Shown piece by piece: positions 42,244 through 55,110 of a stretch of 64,000 bases of DNA. The notes under the pieces were generated by a model. That model searched no databases, was not told the DNA's origin, and saw only the letters and a program-made list of their open reading frames with translations. Positions within the stretch are counted from its first letter, which is position 1, and each line of letters begins with the position of its first letter. Source of the DNA: Eledone cirrhosa (taxonomy: Eukaryota); assembly GCA_964016885.1 (NCBI GenBank), contig OZ024740.1:389670001-389734000 (forward strand). Reading direction: 5' to 3'. The translations under genes and the position numbers were made by a program.

Positions 42244-45200
42244 GTCGGAGTCAGAACCTCTATTTATTCATGTTCTGTCGCAGTTATAACCACTTGTCGG
42301 AGTCAGTACCTCTATTTATTCATGTTCTTTCGGAGTTAGAACCTCTGTTTATTCATGTTCTTTCGGAGTTAGAACCTCTGTTTATTCATGTTCTTTCGGA
42401 GTTAGAACCTCTGTTTATTCATGTTCTGCCGCAGTTAGAACCTCTTGTCGGAGTTAGAACCTCCGTTTATTCATGTTTCTCGGAGTTAGAACCTCTGTTT
42501 ATTCATGTTCTTTCCGAGTTAGAACCTCGATTTATTCATGTTCTGTCGCAGTTAGAACCTCTTGTCGGAGTTAGAACCTCTATACATTCATGTTCTTTCG
42601 GAGTTAGAACCTCTATTTATTCATGTTCTGTCGGAGTTAGAACCTCTGTTTATTCATGTTCTGTCGGAGTTAGAACCTCTGTTTATTCATGTTCTGTCGG
42701 AGTTAGAACCTCTGTTTATTCATGTTCTGTCGCAGTTAGAACCTCTATTTATTCATGTTCTGTGGTAGTTATAACCTCTATTTATTCATGTTCTGTCGGA
42801 GTCAGAACCTCTATTTATTCATGTTCTGTCGCAGTTATAACCACTTGTCGGAGTCAGTACCTCTATTTATTCATGTTCTTTCGGAGTTAGAACCGCTGTT
42901 TATTCATGTTCTTTCGGAGTTAGAACCTCTGTTTATTCATGTTCTTTCGCAGTTAGAACCTCTGTTTATTCATGTTCTGCCGCAGTTAGAACCTCTTGTC
43001 GGAGTTAGAACCTCCGTTTATTCATGTTTCTCGGAGTTAGAACCTCTGTTTATTCATGTTCTTTCGGAGTTAGAACCTCTATTTATTCATGTTCTGTCGC
43101 AGTTAGAACCTCTTGTCGGAGTTAGAACCTCTATACATTCATGTTCTTTCGGAGTTAGAACCTCTATTTATTCATGTTCTGTCGGAGTTAGAACCTCTGT
43201 TTATTCATGTTCTGTCGGAGTTAGAACCTCTGTTTATTCATGTTCTGTCGGAGTTAGAACCTCTGTTTATTCATGTTCTTTCGGAGTTAGAACCTCTATT
43301 TATTCATGTTCTGTCGGAGTCAGAAGCTCTATTTATTCATGTTCTGTCGGAGTTAGAACCTCTTGTCGGAGTTAGAACCTCTATTTATTCATGTTCTGTC
43401 AGAGTTAAAACCTCTATTTATTCATGTTCTGTCGGAGTTAGAACCTCTATTTATTCATGTTCTTTCGGAGTTAGAACCTCTATTTATTCATGTTCTGTCG
43501 GAGTTAGAACCTCTGTTTATTCATGTTCTGTCGAAGTTAGAACCTCTGTTTATTCATGTTCTGTCGGAGTCAGAACCTTATTTTTTCATGTTCTGTCGCA
43601 GTTAGAATCTCTTGTCGGAGTTAGAACCTCTATTTATTCATGTTCTGTCGGAGTTAGAACCTCTGTTTATTCATGTTCTGTCGGAGTCAGAACCTCTATT
43701 TATTCATGTTCTGTCGGAGTTAGAAACTCTGTTTATTCATGTTCTGTCGGAGTCAGAACCTCTATTTATTCATGTTCTGTCGGAATTAGAACCGCTGTTT
43801 ATTTATGTTCTGTTGGAGTCAGAAGCTCTATTTATTCATGTTCTGTCGGAGTTAGAACCTCTGTTTATTCATGTTCTGTCGGAGTCAGAACCTCTATTTA
43901 TTCATGTTCTGTCGGAGTTAGAACCGCTGTTTATTCATGTTCTGTCGGAATCAGAACCTCTATTTATTCATGTTCTGTCGGAGTTAGAACCTCTATTTAT
44001 TCATGTTCTGTCGGAGTTAGAACCTCTGTTTATTCATGTTCTGTCGGAGTTAGAACCTCTGTTTATTCATGTTCTGTCGGAGTCAGAAGCTCTATTTATT
44101 CATGTTCTGTCGCAGTTAGAACCTCTTGTCGGAGTCAGTACCTCTATTTATTCATGTTCTGTCCGAGTTAGAACCTCTATTTATTCATGTTCTGTCGGAG
44201 TTAGAACCTCTGTTTATTCATGTTCTGTCGGAGTCAGAAGCTCTATTTATTCATGTTCTGTCGCAGTTAGAACCTCTTGTCGGAGTCAGTACCTCTATTT
44301 ATTCATGTTCTGTCGGAGTCAGAACCTCTATTTATTCATGTTCTGTCAGAGTTAGAACCTCTATTTATTCATGTTCTGTCGGAGTTAGAACCTCTATTTA
44401 TTCATGTTCTGTCGGAGTTAGAACCTCTGTTTATTCATGTTCTGTCGGAGTTAGAACCTCTGTTTATTAATGTTCTTTCGGAGTTAGAACCTCTGTTTAT
44501 TCATGTTCTTTCGGAGTTAGAACCTCTATTTATTCATGTTCTGCCGCAGTTAGAACCACTTGTCAGATTTAGAACCTCTATTTATTAATGTTCTGTCGGA
44601 GTTAGAACCTCTGTTTATTCATGTTCTTTCGGAGTTAGAACCTCTGTATATTCATGTTTCTCGGAGTTAGAACCTCTGTTTATTCATGTTCTTTCGGAGT
44701 TAGAACCTCTATTTATTCATGTTCTGTCAGAGTTAGAACTTCTATTTATTCTTGTTCTGTCGGAGTTAGAACCTCTATTTATTCATGTTCTGTCTGACTT
44801 AGAACCTCTGTTTATTCATGTTCTTTCGGAGTTAGAACCTCTCTTTGTTTATGTTCTGTCGCAGTTAGAACCACTATTTATTCATGTTCTGTCGGAGTTA
44901 GAACCTCTATTTATTCATGTTCTGTCGGAGTTAGAACATCTATTTATTCATGTTCTGTCGCAGTTAGAACCTCTGTTTATTCATGTTCTGTCGGAGTTAG
45001 AACCTCTGTTTATTCATGTTCTGTCGGAGTCAGAACCTCTTGTCGGAGTTAGAACCTCTGTTTATCCATGTTTCTCGGAGTTAGAACCTCTGTTTATTCA
45101 TGTTCTGTCGGAGTTAGAACCTCTGTTTATTCATGTTCTGTCGGAGTTAGAACCTCTGTTTATTCATGTTCTGTCGGAGTTAGAACTTCTGTTTATTCGT

Positions 45201-45687
45201 GTTCTGTCGGACTTAGAACCTCTATACATTCATGTTCTTTCGGAGTTAGAACCTCTATTTATTCATGTTCTGTCGGAGTTAGAACCTCTGTTTATTCATG
45301 TTCTGTCGGAGTTAGAACCTCTGTTTATTCATGTTCTGTCGGAGTTAGAACTTCTGTTTATTCGTGTTCTGTCGGAGTCAGAACCTCTATTTATTCATGT
45401 TCTGTCAGAGTTAGAACCTCTATTTATTCATGTTCTGTCGGAGTTAGAACCTCTATTTATTCATGTTCTGTCGGAGTTAGAACCTCTGTTTATTCATGTT
45501 CTGTCGGAGTTAGAACCTCTGTTTATTAATGTTCTTTCGGAGTTAGAACCTCTGTTTATTCATGTTCTTTCGGAGTTAGAACCTCTATTTATTCATGTTC
45601 TGCCGCAGTTAGAACCACTTGTCGGAGTTAGAACCTCTATTTATTAATGTTCTGTCGGAGTTAGAACCTCTGTTTATTCATGTTCTT

Positions 45688-46676
45688 TCGCAGTTAGAAC
45701 CTCTGTATATTCATGTTTCTCGGAGTTAGAACCTCTGTTTATTCATGTTCTTTCGGAGTTAGAACCTCTATTTATTCATGTTCTGTCAGAGTTAGAACTT
45801 CTATTTATTCTTGTTCTGTCGGAGTTAGAACCTCTATTTATTCATGTTCTGTCTGACTTAGAACCTCTGTTTATTCATGTTCTTTCGGAGTTAGAACCTC
45901 TCTTTGTTTATGTTCTGTCGCAGTTAGAACCACTATTTATTCATGTTCTGTCGGAGTTAGAACCTCTATTTATTCATGTTCTGTCGGAGTTAGAACATCT
46001 ATTTATTCATGTTCTGTCGCAGTTAGAACCTCTGTTTATTCATGTTCTGTCGGAGTTAGAACCTCTTGTCGGAGTCAGAACCTCTATTTATTCATGTTCT
46101 TTCGGAGTTAGAACCTCTATTTATTCATGTTCTGTGGGAGTTATAACCTCTATTTTTTCATGTTCTGTCGCAGTTAGAACCTCTGTTTATTCATGTTTCT
46201 CGGAGTTAGAACCTCTGTTTATTCATGTTCTTTCGGAGTTAGAACCTCTATTTATTCATGTTCTGTCAGAGTTAGAACTTCTATTTATTCTTGTTCTGTC
46301 GGAGTTAGAACCTCTATTTATTCATGTTCTGTCTGACTTAGAACCTCTGTTTATTCATGTTCTTTCGGAGTTAGAACCTCTCTTTGTTTATGTTCTGTCG
46401 CAGTTAGAACCACTATTTATTCATGTTCTGTCGGAGTTAGAACCTCTATTTATTCATGTTCTGTCGGAGTTAGAACATCTATTTATTCATGTTCTGTCGC
46501 AGTTAGAACCTCTGTTTATTCATGTTCTGTCGGAGTTAGAACCTCTTGTCGGAGTCAGAACCTCTATTTATTCATGTTCTTTCGGAGTTAGAACCTCTAT
46601 TTATTCATGTTCTGTGGGAGTTATAACCTCTATTTTTTCATGTTCTGTCGCAGTTAGAACCTCTGTTTATTCATGT
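45688..46676. repeat. Tandem 480-bp duplication x2 of part of the marker block
   Basis: Lines starting at 45721 and 46201 read identically over ~470 bp; TCTGACTT at 45855/46335. Confidence 0.92.
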
Positions 46677-47429
46677 TCTGTCGGAGTCAGAACCTCTTGT
46701 CGGAGTTAGAACCTCTGTTTATCCATGTTTCTCGGAGTTAGAACCTCTGTTTATTCATGTTCTGTCGGAGTTAGAACCTCTGTTTATTCATGTTCTGTCG
46801 GAGTTAGAACCTCTGTTTATTCATGTTCTGTCGGAGTTAGAACTTCTGTTTATTCGTGTTCTGTCGGACTTAGAACCTCTATACATTCATGTTCTTTCGG
46901 AGTTAGAACCTCTGTTTATTCGTGTTCTTTCGGAGTTAGAACCTCTATTTATTCATGTTCTGTCGGAGTCAGAACCTCTATTTATTCATGTTCTGTCGGA
47001 GTTAGAACCTCTTGTCGGAGTTAGAACCTCTATTTATTCATGTTCTGTCGGAGTTAGAACCGCTGTTTATTCATGTTCTGTCGCAGTTAGAACCTCTTGT
47101 CGGAGTCAGTACCTCTATTTATTCATGTTCTGTCGGAGTTAGAATCTCTATTTATTCATGTTCTGTCAGAGTTAGAACCTCTATTTATTCATGTTCTGTC
47201 GGAGTTAGAACCTCTATTTATTCATGTTCTTTCGGAGTTAGAACCTCTGTTTATTCATGTTCTTTCGGAGTTAGAAGCTCTGTTTATTCATGTTCTTTCG
47301 GAGTTAGAACCTCTGTTTATTCATGTTCTTTCGGAGTTAGAACCTCTATTTATTCATGTTCTGCCGCAGTTAGAACCTCTTGTCGGAGTTAGAACCTCTG
47401 TTTATTCATGTTTCTCGGAGTTAGAACCT

Positions 47430-48185
47430 CTGTTTATTCATGTTCTTTCGGAGTTAGAACCTCTATTTATTCATGTTCTGTCGCAGTTAGGACCTCTTGT
47501 CGGAGTTAGAACCTCTATTTATTCATGTTCTGCCGCAGTTAGAACCTCTGTTTATTCATGTTCTTTCGGAGTTAGAACCTCTGTTTATTCATGTTCTTTC
47601 GGAGTTAGAACCTCTATTTATTCATGTTCTGCCGCAGTTAGAACCTCTTGTCGGAGTTAGAACCTCTGTTTATTAATGTTTCTCGGAGTTAGAACCTCTG
47701 TTTATTCATGTTCTTTCGGAGTTAGAACCTCTATTTATTCATGTTCTGTCGCACTTAGGACCTCTTGTCGGAGTTAGAACCTCTATACATTCATGTTCTT
47801 TCGGAGTTAGAACCTCTATTTATTCATGTTCTGTCGCAGTTAGGACCTCTTGTCGGAGTTAGAACCTCTATTTATTCATGTTCTGCCGCAGTTAGAACCT
47901 CTGTTTATTCATGTTCTTTCGGAGTTAGAACCTCTGTTTATTCATGTTCTTTCGGAGTTAGAACCTCTATTTATTCATGTTCTGCCGCAGTTAGAACCTC
48001 TTGTCGGAGTTAGAACCTCTGTTTATTAATGTTTCTCGGAGTTAGAACCTCTGTTTATTCATGTTCTTTCGGAGTTAGAACCTCTATTTATTCATGTTCT
48101 GTCGCACTTAGGACCTCTTGTCGGAGTTAGAACCTCTATACATTCATGTTCTTTCGGAGTTAGAACCTCTATTTATTCATGTTCT
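47430..48185. repeat. Tandem 353-bp duplication x2 with private TTAGGACC / GCACTTAGG variants
   Basis: TAGGACC at ~47490/47843; ORFs 47765/48118. Confidence 0.88.
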
Positions 48186-48924
48186 GTCGGAGTTAGAACC
48201 TCTGTTTATTCATGTTCTGTCGGAGTCAGAACCTCTATTTATTCATGTTCTGTCGGAGTTAGAACCGCTGTTTATTCATGTTCCTGTCGGAATCAGAACC
48301 TCTATTTATTCATGTTCTGTCGGAGTTAGAACCTCTATTTATTCATGTTCTGTCGGAGTTAGAACCTCTGTTTATTCATGTTCTGTCGCAGTTAGAACCT
48401 CTATTTATTCATGTTCTGTGGTATTTAGAACCTCTATTTATTCATGTTCTGTCGGAGTTAGAACCTCTATTTATTCATGTTCTGTCGGAGTTAGAACCTC
48501 TGTTTATTCATGTTCTGTCGCAGTTAGAACCTCTATTTATTCATGTTCTGTGGTATTTAGAACCTCTATTTATTCATGTTCTGTCGGAGTTAGAACCTCT
48601 GTTTATTCATGTTCTTTCGGAGTTAGAACCTCTATTTATTCATGTTCTGTCGCAGTTAGAACCTCTTGTCGGAGTCAGAACCTCTATTTATTCATGTTCT
48701 GTCGGAGTTAGAACCTCTATTTATTCATGTTCTGTCGGAGTTAGAACCTCTATTTATTCATGTTCTGTCGGAGTTAGAACCTCTGTTTATTCATATTCTT
48801 TCGGAGTTAGAACCTCTATTTATTCATGTTCTGTCGCAGTTAGAACCTCTTGTCGGAGTCAGAACCTCTATTTATTCATGTTCTGTCGGAGTTAGAACCT
48901 CTATTTATTCATGTTCTGTCGGAG

Positions 48925-51900
48925 TTAGAACCTCTGTTTATTCATGTTCTTTCGGAGTTAGAACCTCTATTTATTCATGTTCTGTCGCAGTTAGAACCTC
49001 TTGTCGGAGTCAGAACCTCTATTTATTCATGTTCTGTCGGAGTTAGAACCTCTATTTATTCATGTTCTGTCGGAGTTAGAACCTCTATTTATTCATGTTC
49101 TGTCTGAGTTAGAACCTCTGTTTATTCATGTTCTGTCGCAGTTAGAACCTCTATTTATTCATGTTCTTTCGGAGTTATAACCTCTATTTATTCATGTTCT
49201 GTCGGAGTTAGAACCTCTGTTTATTCATGTTCTGTCGGAGTCAGAACCTCTATTTATTCATGTTCTGTCGCAGTTAGAACCTCTTGTCGGAGTCAGTACC
49301 TCTATTTATTCATATTCTCTCGGAGTTAGAACCTCTATTTATTCATGTTCTGTCGGAGTTAGAACCTCTATTTATTCATGTTCTTTCGGAGTTTGAACCT
49401 CTATTTATTCATGTTCTGTCGGAGTTAGAACCTCTGTTTATTCATGTTCTTTCGGAGTTAGAACCTCTGTTTATTCATGTTCTTTCGGAGTTAGAACCTC
49501 TATTTATTCATGTTCTGCCGCAGTTAGAACCTCTTGTCGGAGTTAGAACCTCTGTTTATTCATGTTTCTCGGAGTTAGAACCTTTGTTTATTCATGTTCT
49601 TTCGGAGTTAGAACCTCTGTTTATTCATGTTCTTTCGGAGTTAGAACCTCTATTTATTCATGTTCTGCCGCAGTTAGAACCACTTGTCGGAGTTAGAACC
49701 TCTATTTATTCATGTTCTGCCGCAGTTAGAACCTCTTGTCGGAGTTAGAACCTCTGTATATTCATGTTTCTCGGAGTTAGAACGTCTGTTTATTCATGTT
49801 CTTTCGGAGTTAGAACCTCTATTTATTCATGTTCTTGTCGGAGTTAGAACCTCTAATTATTCATGTTCTGTCGGAGTTAGAACTTCTATTTATTCGTGTT
49901 CTGTCGGAGTTAGAACCTCTTTACATTCATGTTCTTTCGGAGTTAGAACCTCTATTTATTCATGTTCTGTCGGAGTTAGAACCTCTATTTATTCATGTTC
50001 TGTCGGAGTTAGAACCGCTATTTATTCATGTTATGTCGGAGTTAGAACCTTTATTTATTCATGTTCTGTCGCAGTTAGAACCTCTATTTATTCATGTTCT
50101 GTGGGAGTTAGAACCTCTATTTATTCATGTTCTGTCGGAGTTAGAACCTCTATTTATTCATGTTCTGTCGCAGTTAGAACCTCTATTTATTCATGTTCTG
50201 TCGGAGTTAGAACCTCTGTTTATTCATGTTCTGTCGGAGTGAGAACCTCTATTTATTCATGTTTGTCGGAGTTAGAACCTTATTTTTTCATGTTCTGTCG
50301 GAGTTAGAACCTCTGTTTATTCATGTTCTGTCGGAGTTAGAACCTCCGTTTATTCATGTTCTTTCGGAGTTAGAACGTCTGTTTATTCATGTTCTGTCGC
50401 AGTTAGAACCTCTGTTTATTCATGTTCTGTCGGAGTCAGAACCTCTATTTATTCAGGTTCTGTCGGAGTTAGAACCTCTATTTATTCATGTTCTGTCGGA
50501 GTTAATAAAATGTATTTATTCATGTTCTGTCGCAGTTAGAACCTCTATTTATTCATGTTCTGTCGGAGTCAGAACCTCTATTTATTCATGTTCTGTCGGA
50601 GTTAGAAACTCTGTTTATTCATGTTCTGTCGGAGTCAGAACCTCTGTTTATTCATGTTCTGTCGCAGTTAGAACCTCGATTTATTCATGTTCTGTCGGAG
50701 TTAGAACCTCGATTTATTCATGTTCTGTCGGAGTTAGAACCTCTGTTTATTCATGTTCTGTCGGAGTCAGAAGCTCTATTTATTCATGTTCTGTCGGAGT
50801 TAGAACCTCTGTTTATTCATGTTCTGTCGCAGTTAGAACCTCTATTTATTCATGTTCTGTGGGAGTTAGAACCTCTATTTATTCATGTTCTGTCGGAGTT
50901 AGAACCTCTGTTTATTCATGTTCTTTCGGAGTTAGAACCTCTATTTATTCGTGTTCTGTCGGAGTTAGAACCTCTATTTATTCATGTTCTGTCGGAGTTA
51001 GAACATGTATTTATTCATGTTCTGTCGCAGTTAGAACCTCTATTTATTCATGTTCTGTCGGAGTCAGAACCTCTATTTATTCATGTTCTGTCGGAGTTAG
51101 AAACTCTGTTTATTCATGTTCTGTCGCAGTTAGAACCTCTATTTATTCGTGTTCTGTCGCAGTTAGAACCTCTTGTCGGAGTCAGAACCTCTATTTATTC
51201 ATGTTCTGTCGGAGTTAGAACCTCTATTTATTCATGTTCTGTCGGAGTTAGAACCTCTATTTATTCATGTTCTGTCGGAGTTAGAACCTCTGTTTATTCA
51301 TGTTCTGTCGCAGTTAGAACCTCTATTTATTCATGTTTTGTGGGAGTTAAAAGCTCTATTTATTCATGTTCTGTCGGAGTTAGAACCTCTATTTATTCAT
51401 GTTATGTCGGAGATAGTACCTCTGTTTATTCATGTTCCTTCGGAATTAGAACCTCTGTTTATTCATGTTCTTTCGGAGTTAGAACGTCTGTTTATTCATG
51501 TTCCTTCGGAGTTAGAACCTCTATTTGTTCATGTTCTGCCGCAGTTAGAACCTCTTGTCGGAGTTGGAACCTCTATACATTCATGTTCTTTCGAAGTTAG
51601 AACCTCTATTTATTCATGTTCTGTCGGAGTTAGAACCTCTGTTTATTCATGTTCTGTCGAAGTTAGAACTTCTGTTTATTCATGTTCTGTCGGAGTCAGA
51701 ACCTTATTTTTTCATGTTCTGTCGCAGTTAGAATCTCTTGTCGGAGTTAGAACCTCTATTTATTCATGTTCTGTCGGAGTTAGAACCGCTGTTTATTCAT
51801 GTTCTGTCGGAATCAGAACCTCTATTTATTAATGTTCCGTCGGAGTTAGAACCTCTGTTTATTCATGTTCCGTCGGAGTCAGAAGCTCTATTTATTCATG

Positions 51901-54900
51901 TTCTGTCGGAGTTAGAACCTCTGTTTATTCATGTTCTGTCGGAGTCAGAACCTCTATTTATTCATGTTCTGTCAGAGTTAGAACCTCTATTTATTCATGT
52001 TCTGTCGGAATTAGAACCTCTATTTATTCATGTTCTGTCGGAGTCAGAACCTCTATTTATTCATGTTCTGTCGGAGTTAGAACCTCTTGTCGGAGTCAGA
52101 ACCTCTGTTTATTCATGTTCTTTCGGAGTTAGAACCTCTATTTATTCATGTTCTGTCGCAGTTAGAACCTCTTGTCGGAGTCAGAACCTCTATTTATTCA
52201 TGTTCTGTCGGAGTTAGAACCTCTATTTATTCATGTTCTGTCGGAGTTAGAACCTCTATTTATTCATGTTCTGTCTGAGTTAGAACCTCTGTTTATTCAT
52301 GTTCTGTCGCAGTTAGAACCTCTATTTATTCATGTTCTTTCGGAGTTATAACCTCTATTTATTCATGTTCTGTCGGAGTTAGAACCTCTGTTTATTCATG
52401 TTCTGTCGGAGTCAGAACCTCTATTTATTCATGTTCTGTCGCAGTTAGAACCTCTTGTCGGAGTCAGTACCTCTATTTATTCATATTCTCTCGGAGTTAG
52501 AACCTCTATTTATTCATGTTCTGTCGGAGTTAGAACCTCTATTTATTCATGTTCTTTCGGAGTTTGAACCTCTATTTATTCATGTTCTGTCGGAGTTAGA
52601 ACCTCTGTTTATTCATGTTCTTTCGGAGTTAGAACCTCTGTTTATTCATGTTCTTTCGGAGTTAGAACCTCTATTTATTCATGTTCTGCCGCAGTTAGAA
52701 CCTCTTGTCGGAGTTAGAACCTCTGTTTATTCATGTTTCTCGGAGTTAGAACCTTTGTTTATTCATGTTCTTTCGGAGTTAGAACCTCTGTTTATTCATG
52801 TTCTTTCGGAGTTAGAACCTCTATTTATTCATGTTCTGCCGCAGTTAGAACCACTTGTCGGAGTTAGAACCTCTATTTATTCATGTTCTGCCGCAGTTAG
52901 AACCTCTTGTCGGAGTTAGAACCTCTGTATATTCATGTTTCTCGGAGTTAGAACGTCTGTTTATTCATGTTCTTTCGGAGTTAGAACCTCTATTTATTCA
53001 TGTTCTTGTCGGAGTTAGAACCTCTAATTATTCATGTTCTGTCGGAGTTAGAACTTCTATTTATTCGTGTTCTGTCGGAGTTAGAACCTCTTTACATTCA
53101 TGTTCTTTCGGAGTTAGAACCTCTATTTATTCATGTTCTGTCGGAGTTAGAACCTCTATTTATTCATGTTCTGTCGGAGTTAGAACCGCTATTTATTCAT
53201 GTTATGTCGGAGTTAGAACCTTTATTTATTCATGTTCTGTCGCAGTTAGAACCTCTATTTATTCATGTTCTGTGGGAGTTAGAACCTCTATTTATTCATG
53301 TTCTGTCGGAGTTAGAACCTCTATTTATTCATGTTCTGTCGCAGTTAGAACCTCTATTTATTCATGTTCTGTCGGAGTTAGAACCTCTGTTTATTCATGT
53401 TCTGTCGGAGTGAGAACCTCTATTTATTCATGTTTGTCGGAGTTAGAACCTTATTTTTTCATGTTCTGTCGGAGTTAGAACCTCTGTTTATTCATGTTCT
53501 GTCGGAGTTAGAACCTCCGTTTATTCATGTTCTTTCGGAGTTAGAACGTCTGTTTATTCATGTTCTGTCGCAGTTAGAACCTCTGTTTATTCATGTTCTG
53601 TCGGAGTCAGAACCTCTATTTATTCAGGTTCTGTCGGAGTTAGAACCTCTATTTATTCATGTTCTGTCGGAGTTAATAAAATGTATTTATTCATGTTCTG
53701 TCGCAGTTAGAACCTCTATTTATTCATGTTCTGTCGGAGTCAGAACCTCTATTTATTCATGTTCTGTCGGAGTTAGAAACTCTGTTTATTCATGTTCTGT
53801 CGGAGTCAGAACCTCTGTTTATTCATGTTCTGTCGCAGTTAGAACCTCGATTTATTCATGTTCTGTCGGAGTTAGAACCTCGATTTATTCATGTTCTGTC
53901 GGAGTTAGAACCTCTGTTTATTCATGTTCTGTCGGAGTCAGAAGCTCTATTTATTCATGTTCTGTCGGAGTTAGAACCTCTGTTTATTCATGTTCTGTCG
54001 CAGTTAGAACCTCTATTTATTCATGTTCTGTGGGAGTTAGAACCTCTATTTATTCATGTTCTGTCGGAGTTAGAACCTCTGTTTATTCATGTTCTTTCGG
54101 AGTTAGAACCTCTATTTATTCGTGTTCTGTCGGAGTTAGAACCTCTATTTATTCATGTTCTGTCGGAGTTAGAACATGTATTTATTCATGTTCTGTCGCA
54201 GTTAGAACCTCTATTTATTCATGTTCTGTCGGAGTCAGAACCTCTATTTATTCATGTTCTGTCGGAGTTAGAAACTCTGTTTATTCATGTTCTGTCGCAG
54301 TTAGAACCTCTATTTATTCGTGTTCTGTCGCAGTTAGAACCTCTTGTCGGAGTCAGAACCTCTATTTATTCATGTTCTGTCGGAGTTAGAACCTCTATTT
54401 ATTCATGTTCTGTCGGAGTTAGAACCTCTATTTATTCATGTTCTGTCGGAGTTAGAACCTCTGTTTATTCATGTTCTGTCGCAGTTAGAACCTCTATTTA
54501 TTCATGTTTTGTGGGAGTTAAAAGCTCTATTTATTCATGTTCTGTCGGAGTTAGAACCTCTATTTATTCATGTTATGTCGGAGATAGTACCTCTGTTTAT
54601 TCATGTTCCTTCGGAATTAGAACCTCTGTTTATTCATGTTCTTTCGGAGTTAGAACGTCTGTTTATTCATGTTCCTTCGGAGTTAGAACCTCTATTTGTT
54701 CATGTTCTGCCGCAGTTAGAACCTCTTGTCGGAGTTGGAACCTCTATACATTCATGTTCTTTCGGAGTTAGAACCTCTATTTATTCATGTTCTGTCGGAG
54801 TTAGAACCTCTGTTTATTCATGTTCTGTCGAAGTTAGAACTTCTGTTTATTCATGTTCTGTCGGAGTCAGAACCTTATTTTTTCATGTTCTGTCGCAGTT

Positions 54901-55110
54901 AGAATCTCTTGTCGGAGTTAGAACCTCTATTTATTCATGTTCTGTCGGAGTTAGAACCGCTGTTTATTCATGTTCTGTCGGAATCAGAACCTCTATTTAT
55001 TAATGTTCCGTCGGAGTTAGAACCTCTGTTTATTCATGTTCCGTCGGAGTCAGAAGCTCTATTTATTCATGTTCTGTCGGAGTTAGAACCTCTGTTTATT
55101 CATGTTCTGT
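48925..55110. repeat. Tandem 3171-bp duplication x~2
   Basis: 49284/52455, 49684/52855, 50226/53397, 51173/54344, 51738/54909; AATAAAATGT variant at 50504/53675. Confidence 0.92.

Noticed and set aside
1301-44570. Isolated singleton substitutions (e.g. CCGTAG 1301, CATTTTCT ~6268, CTCCTGTC ~31924, GTCAGATTT ~44565)
   Set aside because: These could be recent mutations or consensus errors and cannot be distinguished without reads; no pattern is evident.
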